From assembly GCF_963921235.1 (NCBI RefSeq), contig NC_086097.1, positions 221,280,001 through 221,344,000 on the forward strand: a stretch of 64,000 nt of DNA. Direction: 5' to 3'. Positions 12,105-24,080 of this stretch are shown piece by piece. The notes under the pieces were generated by a model that saw only the letters and a program-made list of their open reading frames with translations, had not been told where the DNA came from and searched no databases. The translations under genes were made by a program, and so were the position numbers. The first letter of the stretch is position 1, and each line of letters begins with the position of its first letter. Source of the stretch: Mobula hypostoma (lineage: Eukaryota).

Positions 12105-15100
12105 ACTGAAGTGAAGAAATTCCCCCTCATGTTCCCCTTAAACTTCTCACTTTTCACCCTTAACCTATGACCTCTGGTTGTAGTCCCACCCAACCTCAGT
12201 GGAAAAAACCAGCTTGCATTTACCCTATGTATACCCCTCATAACTTTGTATACCTCTATCAAATCTCCCCTTAATCTTTTATGTTCCAAGGAATAAAGTC
12301 CTAACCTATTTAATCTTTCCTTGTAACTCAGGTCCTTCAGACCTGCCAACACCCTTGTAAATTTTCTCTGTACTCTTTCAACCTTATTTACATCTTCTCG
12401 GTAGGTATGGTGACCAAAACTGCACACAATACTCCCAACAAGGCCTCTCCAACATCTTGTACAATTTCAACATAACGTCCCATTTCCTGTACTCAATGCA
12501 TTGATTTATGAAAGCCAATGTGCCAAAAGCTTTCTTTATGACCCTATCTATCTATGATACCACATTCAATGAATTATGGGCCTATATCCCCAGATCCATT
12601 TGTTCTACCACAGTCCTCAGTGTCCTAGTATTCCTGGTTGGTCCTACCGATTTGCAAAACTTCACACTTGTCTGCATTAAATTCCATCTGCCTTTTTTCA
12701 ACCCATTTTTCCAGCTGATGCAGATCTCTCTGCAAGCCATGATAGCCTTCCTCACTGTCCACTACACCACGAGTCTTCATGTCATACACAAATTTGCTGA
12801 TCCAGTTAACCAGATCATTGATATAGATGACAAACAACAAAGGACCCAGCACTAATCCCTGTGGCACACCACAAGTCACAAGCCTCCACTCAGCAAGGCA
12901 ACCATCTATTACCACTCTCTGGCTTCTCCCACAAAACCAATATCTAATCCAATTTACTACCTCACCCTGAATGTCAAGCGACTGAAGCTACTTGACCAGC
13001 CACCTATGCGAGACCTTGTCAAAAGCCTTGCTGAAGTCCATGTAGGCAACATCCACTGTCTTGCTTTCATCCACTTTCCTGGTAACTTCCTTGAAAACAA
13101 TGCTACAAGATTGGTTAGGCATGACCTACCATGCATGAAGCCATGCTGATTATCCTTAATCGGTCCATGTCCATCCTGTCCCTCAGAATACCTTCCAATA
13201 ACTTTCCCATTACTGATGTCAGGCTCACTGGCCCATGATTTCCTGGTTTATTTTTAGAGTCTTTCTTTAACAGCAAAACAACATTGGTTATCCTCCATTT
13301 CTCTGGTACCTCACCTGTCGCTAAGGATGATTTAAATATCTCTTCTAGGACCCCGTCAATTTCTGCACTTGACTCCCACAGGGTCTGAGAGAACATCTTG
13401 TCAGGCCCTGAGGATTTATCCACCCTAATTTTCCCCAGCACAGCAAACGCCTCCCCCTATGTAATCTGTACAGGATCCATGAAGTTGATGCTGCTTTGCC
13501 TCACTTCTATGAACTCTGTGTCCGTCTCCCGAGTAAATACAGATGCAAAAAAATTATTTAAGACCTTATCACTCTTCCTACCTATGTTCAAGTTTTGGCT
13601 CCATTCTGATCTTTCAGAGGACAAATTTTGTCCCTTGCAATCCTTTCGCTTTTAGCATATTTGTAGAATGTTTCAATAATCTCCTTCACCTTGTCTGCTA
13701 GGGCAAACTCATGTCTTCTTCTAGCCCTCCTGATTTCTTTCCAAAGTGTTCTCTTGCATTTTTATACTCCATAAGCACCCTCATTGTTCCTACTTACCTA
13801 TACCTGCTATGCATCTCCTTTTTCTCTCTGAACCGGGGCCTCAATATCTCTTGAAAACCAAGGTTCTCTACACCTGTTATCTTCACCTTTTATTCTGACA
13901 GAACATACAAACATTGCAATCACAAACTTTCACTTTTGAAGGCCTCCCACTTACCAAATACACCTTTGCTTGAAAATAGCCAGTCCCAGTCCATACTTGC
14001 CAGATCCTTTCTGATACCATTAAATTTACAACCTAAACCTGCAGACCAGACCTATCTTTTTGCATATTTACTTTGAAACTAATGCCATTGTGATCAGTAA
14101 ATGCTCCCCTGCACAAACTTTTGTCACCTGCCCTGTCTCATTCCCTAATAGCAGATCAAATATTTGACAGTCTGATTGGGACTTCTATATACTGGTTAAG
14201 GAAACTTTCCTGAACACATTTTACTAACTTGATCCCATAGAGTCCTTATAAAGTTTGAAAATCCCAGTCAATATGTGGAAAGTTAAAATCACCTACGCCT
14301 ATGTTTCTTGCAACAGCCTGCAGTATCTCTGCAAGTTTGTTCCTCTGAATCCCTTGGACTGTTGGGTGGTCTGTAATACAGACCCATTAACATGGTCAAA
14401 TCTTTCTTATTTCTCAGTTCTACCCATAACACTTTACTAGATGTGTTCTCCATTCTATCCTGACTGAGCACTGCTGTGACATTTTTCCTGACTAGTAATG
14501 CCAACCCTCCTCCTTTAATCTGGAGTCTGGAGGAGAAGATGGCGGCGTGACGCAGCTTGCACGGCCACTCCAGTGAATGATATCTGTAATCTGTCAAGTA
14601 GGGTGCCGTGCACAATCCTGATTTGATGGAGACAGTTGTGAGAGAACGGAGGAACATCTGGTGAAACTTCTGAAATGCCTTTTTTGCTGCCGCTTTTGTT
14701 GTGTGAACCGAAATCTCCGGAGGGGAAGGCCCCGAATCCTCGGTTTTACTTGTTGCTCGGCGGCCGGGACGGGGTCGAAGCGCTCGGCAGAGATGGTGCT
14801 CGGTGCTCGGTGTCGAAGGGCTGGTCGGAGGCTCGAAGTTTTCGGACGGACTCAGAGTTGGCTATGGTCGGTGCTTCCAATGCATCAACAGTTGTCGGTG
14901 CCTGGAGGTTTATGGCAGAGAGAGTTTCTCCCTTCTGCCGCCTGCTATTGGGGACTATCGGGAGTGGATCGGAACTTTGAGACTTTTTTTTACTGTTCCC
15001 ATAGTCTGCTCTTTATCAAATTATGGTATTGCTTTGCACTGCTGTAACTATATGTTATAATTATGTGGTCTTGTCAGTGTTAGCCTTTGGTTTGTCCTGG

Positions 15101-16100
15101 TTTTTTTTGTGCTATCACTCTGGAGGAACATTGTATCATTTCTTAATGCATGCATTTCTAAATGACAATAAACGAGGACTGAGTGTCCTCATAATCTAAT
15201 CTAATCTAATCTAATCTAATCCCTCCTGCTCTGTCACATCTAAAACAACAGAGCACTGGAATATTGAGCTGCCAGTCCTGCCCCTCCTGCAACCAAGTCT
15301 CAATAATGGCTACAATATCATAATTCCAGATGCTGATCCATGCCCTGAGCACATCGGCCTCTCCTACAATACTTCTTGCATTGAAATATACGCAGCTCAC
15401 TACATTAGTTGCTCCATGCTCAACCTTTTGGTTGCTGACTTTGTCTGAGGTCTTAACAACATCTGTCTCCACAACTCACCACTAACTGTTCTGGCATTCT
15501 GGTTCTCATCTGCCTGAGACTCTAGTTTAAACCCCACCATGCAGCACTAGAAAACCTTCCTGCTAGAATTTTAGTCCCTTTTCTGTTCAGGTGTAAACTG
15601 TCTCTTCTGTACAGGTCTCACCTTCTCTGGAAGAGAACCCAATGATCCAAAAATCTTATGTCCTCCCTCCTACACAAGCTCCTTAGCCACTGGTTAGACT
15701 GTATAATCTTCGAATTTCTGGCCTCACTGACATGTGGCACAGGTAGTAATCCTGAGATCACAATCCTGGAGGTCCTGCCCTTTAACTTAGCACCTAACTC
15801 CCTGAATTTCCTTTGCAGAACCTCATCACTCTTCCTACCTATGTCCTTGGGACCTAAATGGACCACAACTTCTGGATATTCATCCTCCCACTTAAGAATA
15901 TTGAGGACTCGATCCAAGATGTCACAGACCCTGGCACCTGGGAGACAACATACCATCCAGGAATTTAGTTATCATCCACAGAACTTCCTTTCGGATCCCC
16001 TAACTAACGAATTGCCTATGACCACAGCTCACCTCTTCTCCCCACTTCCCTTCTGAGTAGCAGAGTTAGAGTCAGTGTCACAGACCTCACCACTAAGACT
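12105..16100 (-). mobile_element. Long decayed CR1 LINE (ORF1 esterase, APE endonuclease, RT)
   Basis: Minus ORFs: 15618..15956 (CCLPGARV, SGNH-type ORF1), 15206..15472 (YFNARSI, IIETWL), 14289..14657 (GLYYRPPNS), 13115..13441, 12625..12915 (GVPQGLVLGP) and 12062..12427. Confidence 0.9.
14521..15221 (+). mobile_element. Non-coding retroposon (about 700 bp) with AAGATGGCGGC head and (TAATC)6 tail, inserted in the CR1 endonuclease
   Basis: GC/CpG-rich head with YY1-like AAGATGGCGGC (14536-14546), AATAAA, (TAATC)6 at 15192-15221, and TAATC at the 5' junction (14516-14520). Confidence 0.6.
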
Positions 16101-16332
16101 TTCCTCTGCTAAGTCATGCTCTTCCATAGTCTGTAGTCTTCTGTAGTCATAATTTCTTATTTTTCTGGGTTCTGCTTTCATTTAAATTTAGTAGTGTGTA
16201 CTTATCAGAATTGCATATGCTCATATGGAGAGCCGAATCCTGTTTTTATTGATGAAAACATTTCCTTAGAAGTTTAATCTGACACTTGCATAAATTTTTT
16301 ATGTTTGTTATTCCTTGTTCTCTTTCTGTCCT

Positions 16333-16521
16333 AGGTAGTGTTAATCTGAGTGTGTTTGACTGGAGGTAGTGTTAATCTGAGTGTGTTTGAGTGAAGGTAG
16401 TGTTAATCTGAGTGTGTTTGAGTGGAGGTAGTGTTAATCTGAGTGTGTTTGAGTGAAGGTAGTGTTAATCTGAGTGTGTTTGAGTGGAGGTAGTGTTAAT
16501 CTGAATGTGTTTGAGTGAAGG
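16333..16521. repeat. 31-bp minisatellite, 6 copies, alternating variants (62-bp higher-order unit)
   Basis: AGGTAGTGTTAATCTGAGTGTGTTTGAGTG(G/A) repeated head to tail with no spacers. Confidence 0.95.
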
Positions 16522-16896
16522 CTGTGATTTCTAAAATTAGTCATTTCTGTTCTTATTTTTCTTTATAAATTTTCACATTGGCGTCAGACCAAGATATTAT
16601 GCCAAAAGAATAAGTTAATATGGGTATAGCAAAAGTGTTTATTGCCTTTGTTATATTTTTACTACTGAGCTCTGTTTGGCAGATTTTCTTAAACCCTGAG
16701 GTAAATTCTGTCGGTTTTCCCTTTATCAATCTATGATCTATTTTCTTTATTTGTTTATATCCATAGAAACCATAGAAAAACTACAGCACAGAAACAGACC
16801 TTTTGGCCCTTCTTGGCTGTGCCGAACCATTTTCTGTCTAGTCCCACTGACCTGCACACGGACCATATCCCTCCATACACCTCCCACCCCAGATAC

Positions 16897-17420
16897 TTAT
16901 GTTTCATATTTATGTGATTGTATTGTATCCTGTTGCTCCGTTTTATATTCTACTAACTCTACTGCACCTTTCTTTATCTTTAATGTTCTGCACTCATCTA
17001 GTCCAAAGTTCATGATTATATCTTGAGAAAATAGTTCTACTATACGAATTAATTGCTTTAGCTTTAGTGATGAAGGAGCATATAATTTCAAATCATCCAC
17101 GTATAGAAGATATGTCAAGGTGTAACTCATTTGGCTATCTCTGATTTGATAACCTATTTATATCCAATTCAGTGAGAGCAGATTTATAGTTAGACAAAAC
17201 CATTGAGGGCTTAGAGCCACCCAGGAAAATGCCTTTGTTTACTTCGATAATGGTGGCTGTTCTATTTTGGTTGTTAATAGATAGGGTGATCATAGTATAA
17301 CAATGCTTCATCAGATGTTGTTGGAATTTCACAAATACTAGTTGTTGTTTATATATATTAAGAACTTCTATTCATCATGAAAGTGGGACAGAATCAAATG
17401 CTTTTTGGTAGTCAACATGA
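16897..17420 (-). mobile_element. R4/Dong-like (RLE-group) non-LTR RT fragment
   Basis: VDYQKAFDSVP and YLLYVDDLKLYA...FSQDIIMNFGLDEC on the minus strand. AT-rich. Confidence 0.65.
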
Positions 17421-17825
17421 AGATTTCTATTAATTTTTTTTCTCAGATTTTATACAGTTTGTTGTCTTTTGCAGAGCGATTGTCCACCCTGTTGGTGTGG
17501 ACTTTCATTGATTCGATTGTGGTTACTGGATTTAGAGTAGGCCTGAAAGAAAATGAATTTCAGGGTTGTATATGGTGACACACGTGTACTTTGATAATAA
17601 ATTTACTTTGAAACATACAGTGTAATGCGTCATTTGCATTGACAATCAGCACACCCAAGAATGTGCTGGGGGCAGCCTGCAAATGTCACCACACATTCTG
17701 GTGCCAAAGTAGCATGCCCACAACGTTCAGCAGATCAACACAAGCAGCAACAATAACAAACAAAGTAAGACAACTACATCGAAACCACTGTAGCTCGCCG
17801 GGGTAAGAGGACCATGCAAGTCTGG

Positions 17826-18115
17826 CATCATGGCAACGTATAACTGAGCGTGACGTTAGTACAGCACAGAGCGTTGGAGTTCGGAGTTCAATTCCAATGT
17901 CATCTGTAAGGAGTCTGCAAGTTCTCCTCAAGGCATGTATGGGTTTTTCCTTGGTCATTGGTATCCTCCCACAGTCCAAAGACATACTGTGTAGGTAAAT
18001 TGGTCATTGTAAATTGTCCCATGATTAGGTTACGGTTAAAATCGGGGTTGTTGGGGGTTGCTGGGGGTGGGGGTCATAGCTTGAAGGGATGTAAGGGCCT
18101 GTATTGCTAAATAAC
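17826..18115 (+). mobile_element. V-type (HE1-like) tRNA SINE
   Basis: Box B-like GGAGTTCAATTCC and the V-domain-like CCTCCCACAGTCCAAAGACA. A related copy lies at 60695-61180. Confidence 0.6.
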
Positions 18116-18203
18116 TAAACAAAAACAAGCCCCTTTACCGTCCTCTCGCCCACCCATTCACATACACACACAGTTCTCCAGTCCCAGAACAGACTGTCAT
18201 CGG

Positions 18204-18603
18204 CAATGTTCCCTCTAATTTGTAATGACCAGTGTGTGCAAAAATCTTGCGCTATGCAATTTTTTACCCAGTGACAACGACATGTGTGCATTAACTTTTT
18301 AAGTGGAAGTAAACCTGAATCTGTTCTAAGGATAATAAGCCATTCTGCTTTAAAAGAACTAGCAGCTGTTTTGTGCTTCATGCCCTTTGCCTCTTTGGAA
18401 TTCGACAGAGTGAATCAACAAATCATCGCAGACTCCACATTGTCAACACCACCCTGATCAGAAACTGGAAAAGGAAATGTGATTGTGTACGATTGTGAAA
18501 TATACTTAACATGCCTACGAGGTAGAGGTGACAACCTTTTGTATGCAGTTTAAATTCCTCTGTGCACTAGTAGCAAAAGATGTGAGCTTTAGAGGGAACA
18601 TTG
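18204..18603. mobile_element. hAT-like MITE (400 bp)
   Basis: TIRs CAATGTTCCCTCTAA / TTAGAGGGAACATTG. The 8-bp flanks GTCATCGG / TTCACCGG match at 6 of 8. Confidence 0.7.
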
Positions 18604-19999
18604 TTCACCGGGCGTCTAGTCTAGGGCTCCAACTTTGGAATTCTCCCCAGAACCTACCAATCACGGGTTTGACTTTCAGTCCCAGATCCCAGTATGCATT
18701 AATCATGGGTTTCACTTCTGGGTTCACATAGTCCGATCCCAGTAACCCAGGCCCCTGTGACTCCTTCAGGACTCTTCCTTCGGGCTTCTGCCTCTGGACT
18801 CTCTGCACTCTGCACTCTGACTTTCAACTTTGACGTCCAGACTTCAGCAAGGAGAAATTGCTTTTTAAATAACATTTGATGTGATTGTCGTACAGCGATT
18901 ATTTACTCTAGAAGTGTGCTGTTTGACTGATGACAGTATGTCACTTTTTCTTGTTGACTACTCCTTTTAAAATTTTATTTGAGTTTGGCTATTGTTACAT
19001 TATTCTGTTTTAATTGATTGATTTGCTTTACCAACTGAGACCATGGAAAGAGGCACATGTTAGCAGATTGGTGGATGACAGCCCACAGACGGTTTTTTTC
19101 TTCACATTGCTTCTCCCTGCAGCTTCAAATGCACCTTTTTATCTTTATTTATGTCTTTCCGTTTTCTTCCAGCCCTCTGCAACCTTAATTCACACCCCCT
19201 GTGTGTGACGTGATGTGGCGCTCGTCAGACTTAACTGGAGTAATCATCCTTTCTATGTGACTGCAGGGAAGGAAAGCTCAAAAGACCGTGTTCTGTTCCC
19301 GCACAGCAGTTCCATGAACTCCACGTGCTGAATGGCTGCAATGCCAAACCCTTCTTATTGTGTAAATACTAATGGCTCCAACAGATCTAGCATCAGGTTT
19401 ACTGGGAATTCTTATGATTTTCTAATGAACTGTTTTCAATATAGAGAGCACAGGAAACAAAAGAAATAAATAGTCCACTGAAAGAAAACAAGAGCTTATA
19501 ATGAATCCGACTTTCAAAGTCCTTCTGGTCATGATGGCAATAAGAAAAAATAGATGGATATTGATATCATGGCAGAAGAGGAATATTCACAGAATCATTA
19601 ATCTGTTTTAATGGAGTTCTAACGGATAATCAATATCATCAGTTCCCTAATATGAATTGAGACATTCTGTACTTGCTTACCTTCACCTAATGGTTAATTA
19701 GATTGCAGGAATCAAAGGCTGCTGATCTCTTTGACACCTTCCTATCTTCCTTGACAGAATGCGTCAACTTCATTCAAAGATAACTCGTACCAAATGCATG
19801 TTCAGCTACTGGCTGACCTGCTTCAGTTTCCAGCCCAGAAGACATTCATTTTAAAGTTCTTAATTGTTTTTGAATCCTTTCAGTGCTTTGCTCTTCCCCA
19901 TCATTGCAGCTTCAAAAAGAACAACGTAAGAAATAGGAGGATGAGTACTTCAGGCCTGCTTCACCATTCGAGATGGTCAGTCATCTGTCTTGACCCCAT

Positions 20000-21720
20000 T
20001 TAAACCACAGAGCCATACAACAGTACAGCACAGGACAGGCCCTTCGGCCATAATGTTGTGCTGAACCAATTAAATTAGTAACCAGATGGCAAAATAAATT
20101 AATCTCTTCTGCCTGTGCATGAACATATCCTTCCATTTCCCTCATGTTCATGCGACTATCAAAACATCCCTTAATAGTCATAGTCATACTTTATTGATCC
20201 CAAGGGAAATTGTTTTTCGTTACAGTTGCACCATAAATAATTAAATAGTAATAAAATCATAAATAATTAAATAGTAATATGTAATTTACACCAGTAAATT
20301 ATGAAATAAGTCCAGGACCAGCCTATTGGCTCAGGGTGTCTGACCCTCCAAGGGAGGAGTTGTAAAGTTTGATGGCCACAGGCAGGAATGACTTCCTATG
20401 ACGCTCTGTGTTGCAAAGTCCATACCACCACCACCACAGGCAGTACAGTTCAGGCACCCACCCTTTTCTGTGTAAAAAACTTGCCCCCCACACCCCCTTT
20501 GAAATTACCCCCTCACATCTTAAATGCATGCCCTCTGGTGTTAGACATTTCAGCTCTTGAGATAAAGATATTCCCTGTCTACTCTATCTATGCCTCTCAT
20601 AACCTTATAAACTTTGATCAGATCTCCCCTTAGCCTCTGCTGCTGCAGAGAAAGCAGCCAAAGTTTGTCCAAACTCTTGCTATAGCACATACCCTCTAAT
20701 CCAGGCAACATCCTGGTAAACCTCTTCTGCACCCACTCCAAACTCTTGACATCCTTCCTATAATGGGGCGATGTTGTAGGCAATACTCCGTGCAGCCTAA
20801 CTGGAGTTTAATAGAGCTGCGATGTAACTTCCTCACTTTTGAACTCAATGCCTCAAATAATAAAGGTAAGCATGATATTTGCCTTCTTACCACCCGATCA
20901 ACCTGCATAGCCACTTTCAGGGAAGTATGAACTTAGACCCCCAAACTCCCTCTGCTCATCAATGCCATTAAGGGTCTTGCCTTTAACAGTGTACTGTCTC
21001 TTTATTTTTGACCTAACAATGTACAACAGTTCACATTTGGCCAGGTTAAATTCCATCTGCCGTTTTTCTGACTATATCTGCAATTGTTCTATATCCCGCT
21101 GTACTTCTGCCAGTCTTCTACACTATTCACACCACCACCAATCTGTGTATCATCTGCAAACTTACTAACCCACACGTCTAGTCATCCAGTTCATTTATAT
21201 ACATTACAAACAGCAGAGGTCCCAAAACAGATCATGGTGGGACACTGGTAATCACATATCTCCAGTTAGATCAAGTCCATTTGATCACTGCCTTCTGTCT
21301 GGGCAAGCCAGTTCTGAATCCCAACAGCCGATTCCATGGATCCCATGCACCTTACGCTTCTGGATGAGCCTCCCATGAGGGACCTTGTCAATACTTGTCA
21401 AATCCATGTAGACATCATCCACAGCTCTACTTCATCAATCACCCTGGTCAGCTCGTCAAAAAACTCAACCAAGTTAGTAAGACAAGACTTGGTCCATAGA
21501 AAGCTATGCTGGCTCTCCTTAATTAGGCCATGGTTTTCCAATTGATCATAAATCTTATCCCTAAGGATTCTCTCCAGTAACTTCCCTACTGCTGACGTGA
21601 AACTCACTGGTATATAGTCTGCAGGATTATCCCCCGTTCCCTCCTTGAAGAACGGAACAACATGAGCCATTTGCTGGGACCTTGCCTGTGGCTAGAGAGG
21701 ACACAAAGATATTGGTGAAG
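20000..21720 (-). mobile_element. CR1 LINE with a nested Rex-like 3' tail (about 20175-20415)
   Basis: Minus ORFs 21398..21670 and 20550..20783 (VQKRFTRMLPGL, RLRGDLI). (ATAGTC)n tail of the nested insert. Confidence 0.85.
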
Positions 21721-22109
21721 GCCCAGGATTATTCTATTATTATTTGATTCCATTAATATTCAGAACTCTCTTTTGAATGAACACAAAGAGTGGGTCCCCA
21801 ATCTCTCTGAGGTAGAGAATTTCAAAGATTTACTGCTTATGCATGAAGAGATTTTCCCTCATCTCAGTCTTTAAATGAGCTCCCCTTCTTCTGAGACTCA
21901 GGATCCTGGACTCACATCGTTTCATCATAAAAGCCAACATGCTATATTTGCCTTCCTAATCACGTTGCACCTGCCTGCTAGTGTTCAGTGACTCCCTACT
22001 CAAATCTTGCTTAATTATGTATCATCTGCTAACTTGAAAATATGACATCTGATATTCCTTCAAACTGCCCTAGTAGATCATAAATAGCTGAGGCCCAAGC
22101 ATTGGTCTC

Positions 22110-22553
22110 CCTAAGACTTCTAATTTTCAATAAGAATTTGAGGACATTCATTATTTCATCACAGACTCTTACAATTTTCTACAGATGTACAGTGGTAATG
22201 ATTCTGGCTTGTTGTATCATAACCTGCTATGGAGTCTCCAATGCAAAGGATCACAAGATGGTTGCTGGCTCAGCCAGCTCTATTATGGGCACAACCATCC
22301 ATACCATCAAGGACATCTTCATGAGGCAGTGCTTCAAGAAGATGGCACCCATCACAAAGGAGTTTCACCATTGAAGATGTGGCTTCTACTCATTACTAAC
22401 ATTAGAAATGAGGTGCAGGAGACTGAAGACTCACACCTAATGATTCACAAACACAGTTTCTTTCCCCTTCACCATCAAATTTATGAATGGTTCATCAATC
22501 CTTGAACACAACCATGTTCTTTCTTTTTTGCAATATTATTTATTTTTGAAGCT
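22110..22553 (+). mobile_element. Rex1/Babar-like LINE 3' fragment
   Basis: ORF 22102..22374 reads FYRCTV...CIITCYG. Confidence 0.6.
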
Positions 22554-22555
22554 TA

Positions 22556-23611
22556 CAGTGCCTATAAAACATATTCACCCGCTTTGGAAGTTTTCATGTT
22601 TTATTGTTTTACAACCTGAATTACAATGGATATAAATTGACTTATTTTGACACTGATCAACAGAAAAAGACTCTTTTGTGTCAAAGTTAAAACAAATTTC
22701 TTCAAATTGGCTTAAAGCTATTACAAACATTAAACACAAAATAATTGATTGCATAATTATTCACCCCCTTCAAGTCGGTACTTAGTAGATGCACCTTTGC
22801 AACAATTGTAGCCTTGAGTCTGTATGGAAAGGTCTCTGTCAGCTTTGCACATCTGGACACTGAAATTTTTCACCATTCTTTCTCTTTGCCACGCTCCCAT
22901 AAAGCTACAACTGGTGAAGCTCCAGTTGTTATATGCACAGTTTCTCCCATCTCAATCACTGAAGGTTGTAACTCCTCCAGAGTTGTCACAGAGTTGGTGG
23001 CCTCCCTCACTAGTCCCCTTCTTGCATGGTCACTCAGTTTTTGAGGACGGCCTGTTCTAAGCAAATTTGCAGTTGTGCCATATTCCTTCCATTTCTTAAT
23101 GACTGACTTAACTGTATTCCAAGCGATATTCAGTGACTTGGAAATTTTCTTGTATCCACCTCCTGAATTATGCTTTTCAATAACCTTCTTGTGGAGTTGT
23201 TTGGAGTGTTCTTTTGTCTTTGTGGTGTTGTTTTTGCCAGGATACTGACTCACCAGCAGTTAGACCTTCTAGATACAGGTGTATTTTTACTAAAGTCAAT
23301 TGAAACACATTGACTGTGCACAGGTGATCTCCATTTACTAATTATGTAACTTCTGAAACCAATTGGCTGCACCAGTGATGGTTTGGTGGGTCATAATAAA
23401 GGGTGTGAATACTTATGCAATCAATTATTTTGTGTTTTATATTTGTATTAATTTAGGTAACTTTGTAGAGATCTGTTTTCACTTTGACATGAAAGAATCT
23501 TTTTCTGTTGATCAGTGTTAAAAAAACAAATTAAATCCTCTGCGATTCAATGTTGTAAAATAGTAAAACATGAAAGCTTCCAAGGGAAGTGAATACTTTT
23601 TATAGGCACTG
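22556..23611 (-). mobile_element. Tc1-family transposon with long terminal inverted repeats, internally deleted
   Basis: TA|CAGTGCCTATAAAA...TTTTATAGGCACTG|TA with about 200-bp inverted ends. Minus ORF 22870..23253 encodes the paired-like DNA-binding domain (GYKKISKSL...TGRPQKLS). No DDE domain is seen. Confidence 0.9.
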
Positions 23612-23654
23612 TATAGTAATTTTCAAAGTTCAAAAATTCCAAAGTAAATTTTAG

Positions 23655-24080
23655 AAACATAGAAACATAGAAAACATACAGCACAATACAGGCTCTTCAG
23701 CAAACAAAGCTGAGCAGAACATGTCCCTACCTTAGAACTACCTAGGATTTACCCATAGCCCTCTATTTTTCTAAGCTCCATGTAGGCATCCAGGAGTCTC
23801 TTAAAAGACCCTATCGTTTCCGCTTCCACCACCGCTGCCGGCAGCCCATTCCATGCACTCACCACTCTCTGCGTAAAAAAACTTACCCGTGACATCTCCT
23901 CTGTGCCTGCTTCCAAGCACCTTAAAACTATGCTCTCTCATGCTAGACATTTCAGCCCTGGGGAAAAGCCTCTGACTATCCACAGGATCAATGCCTCTCA
24001 TTATCTTGTACAACTCTATCAAGTCACCTCACATCCTCCGCTGCTCCAAGGAGAAAAGGCCGAGTTCACTCAACCTATTC
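23655..24080 (-). mobile_element. CR1 LINE 3' end
   Basis: (CATAGAAA)n tail and ORF 23801..24022. Confidence 0.8.

Noticed and set aside
16333..16521. CRISPR-like array of 31-bp repeats
   Set aside because: The units are contiguous with no unique spacers, there are no cas genes, and the context is eukaryotic.
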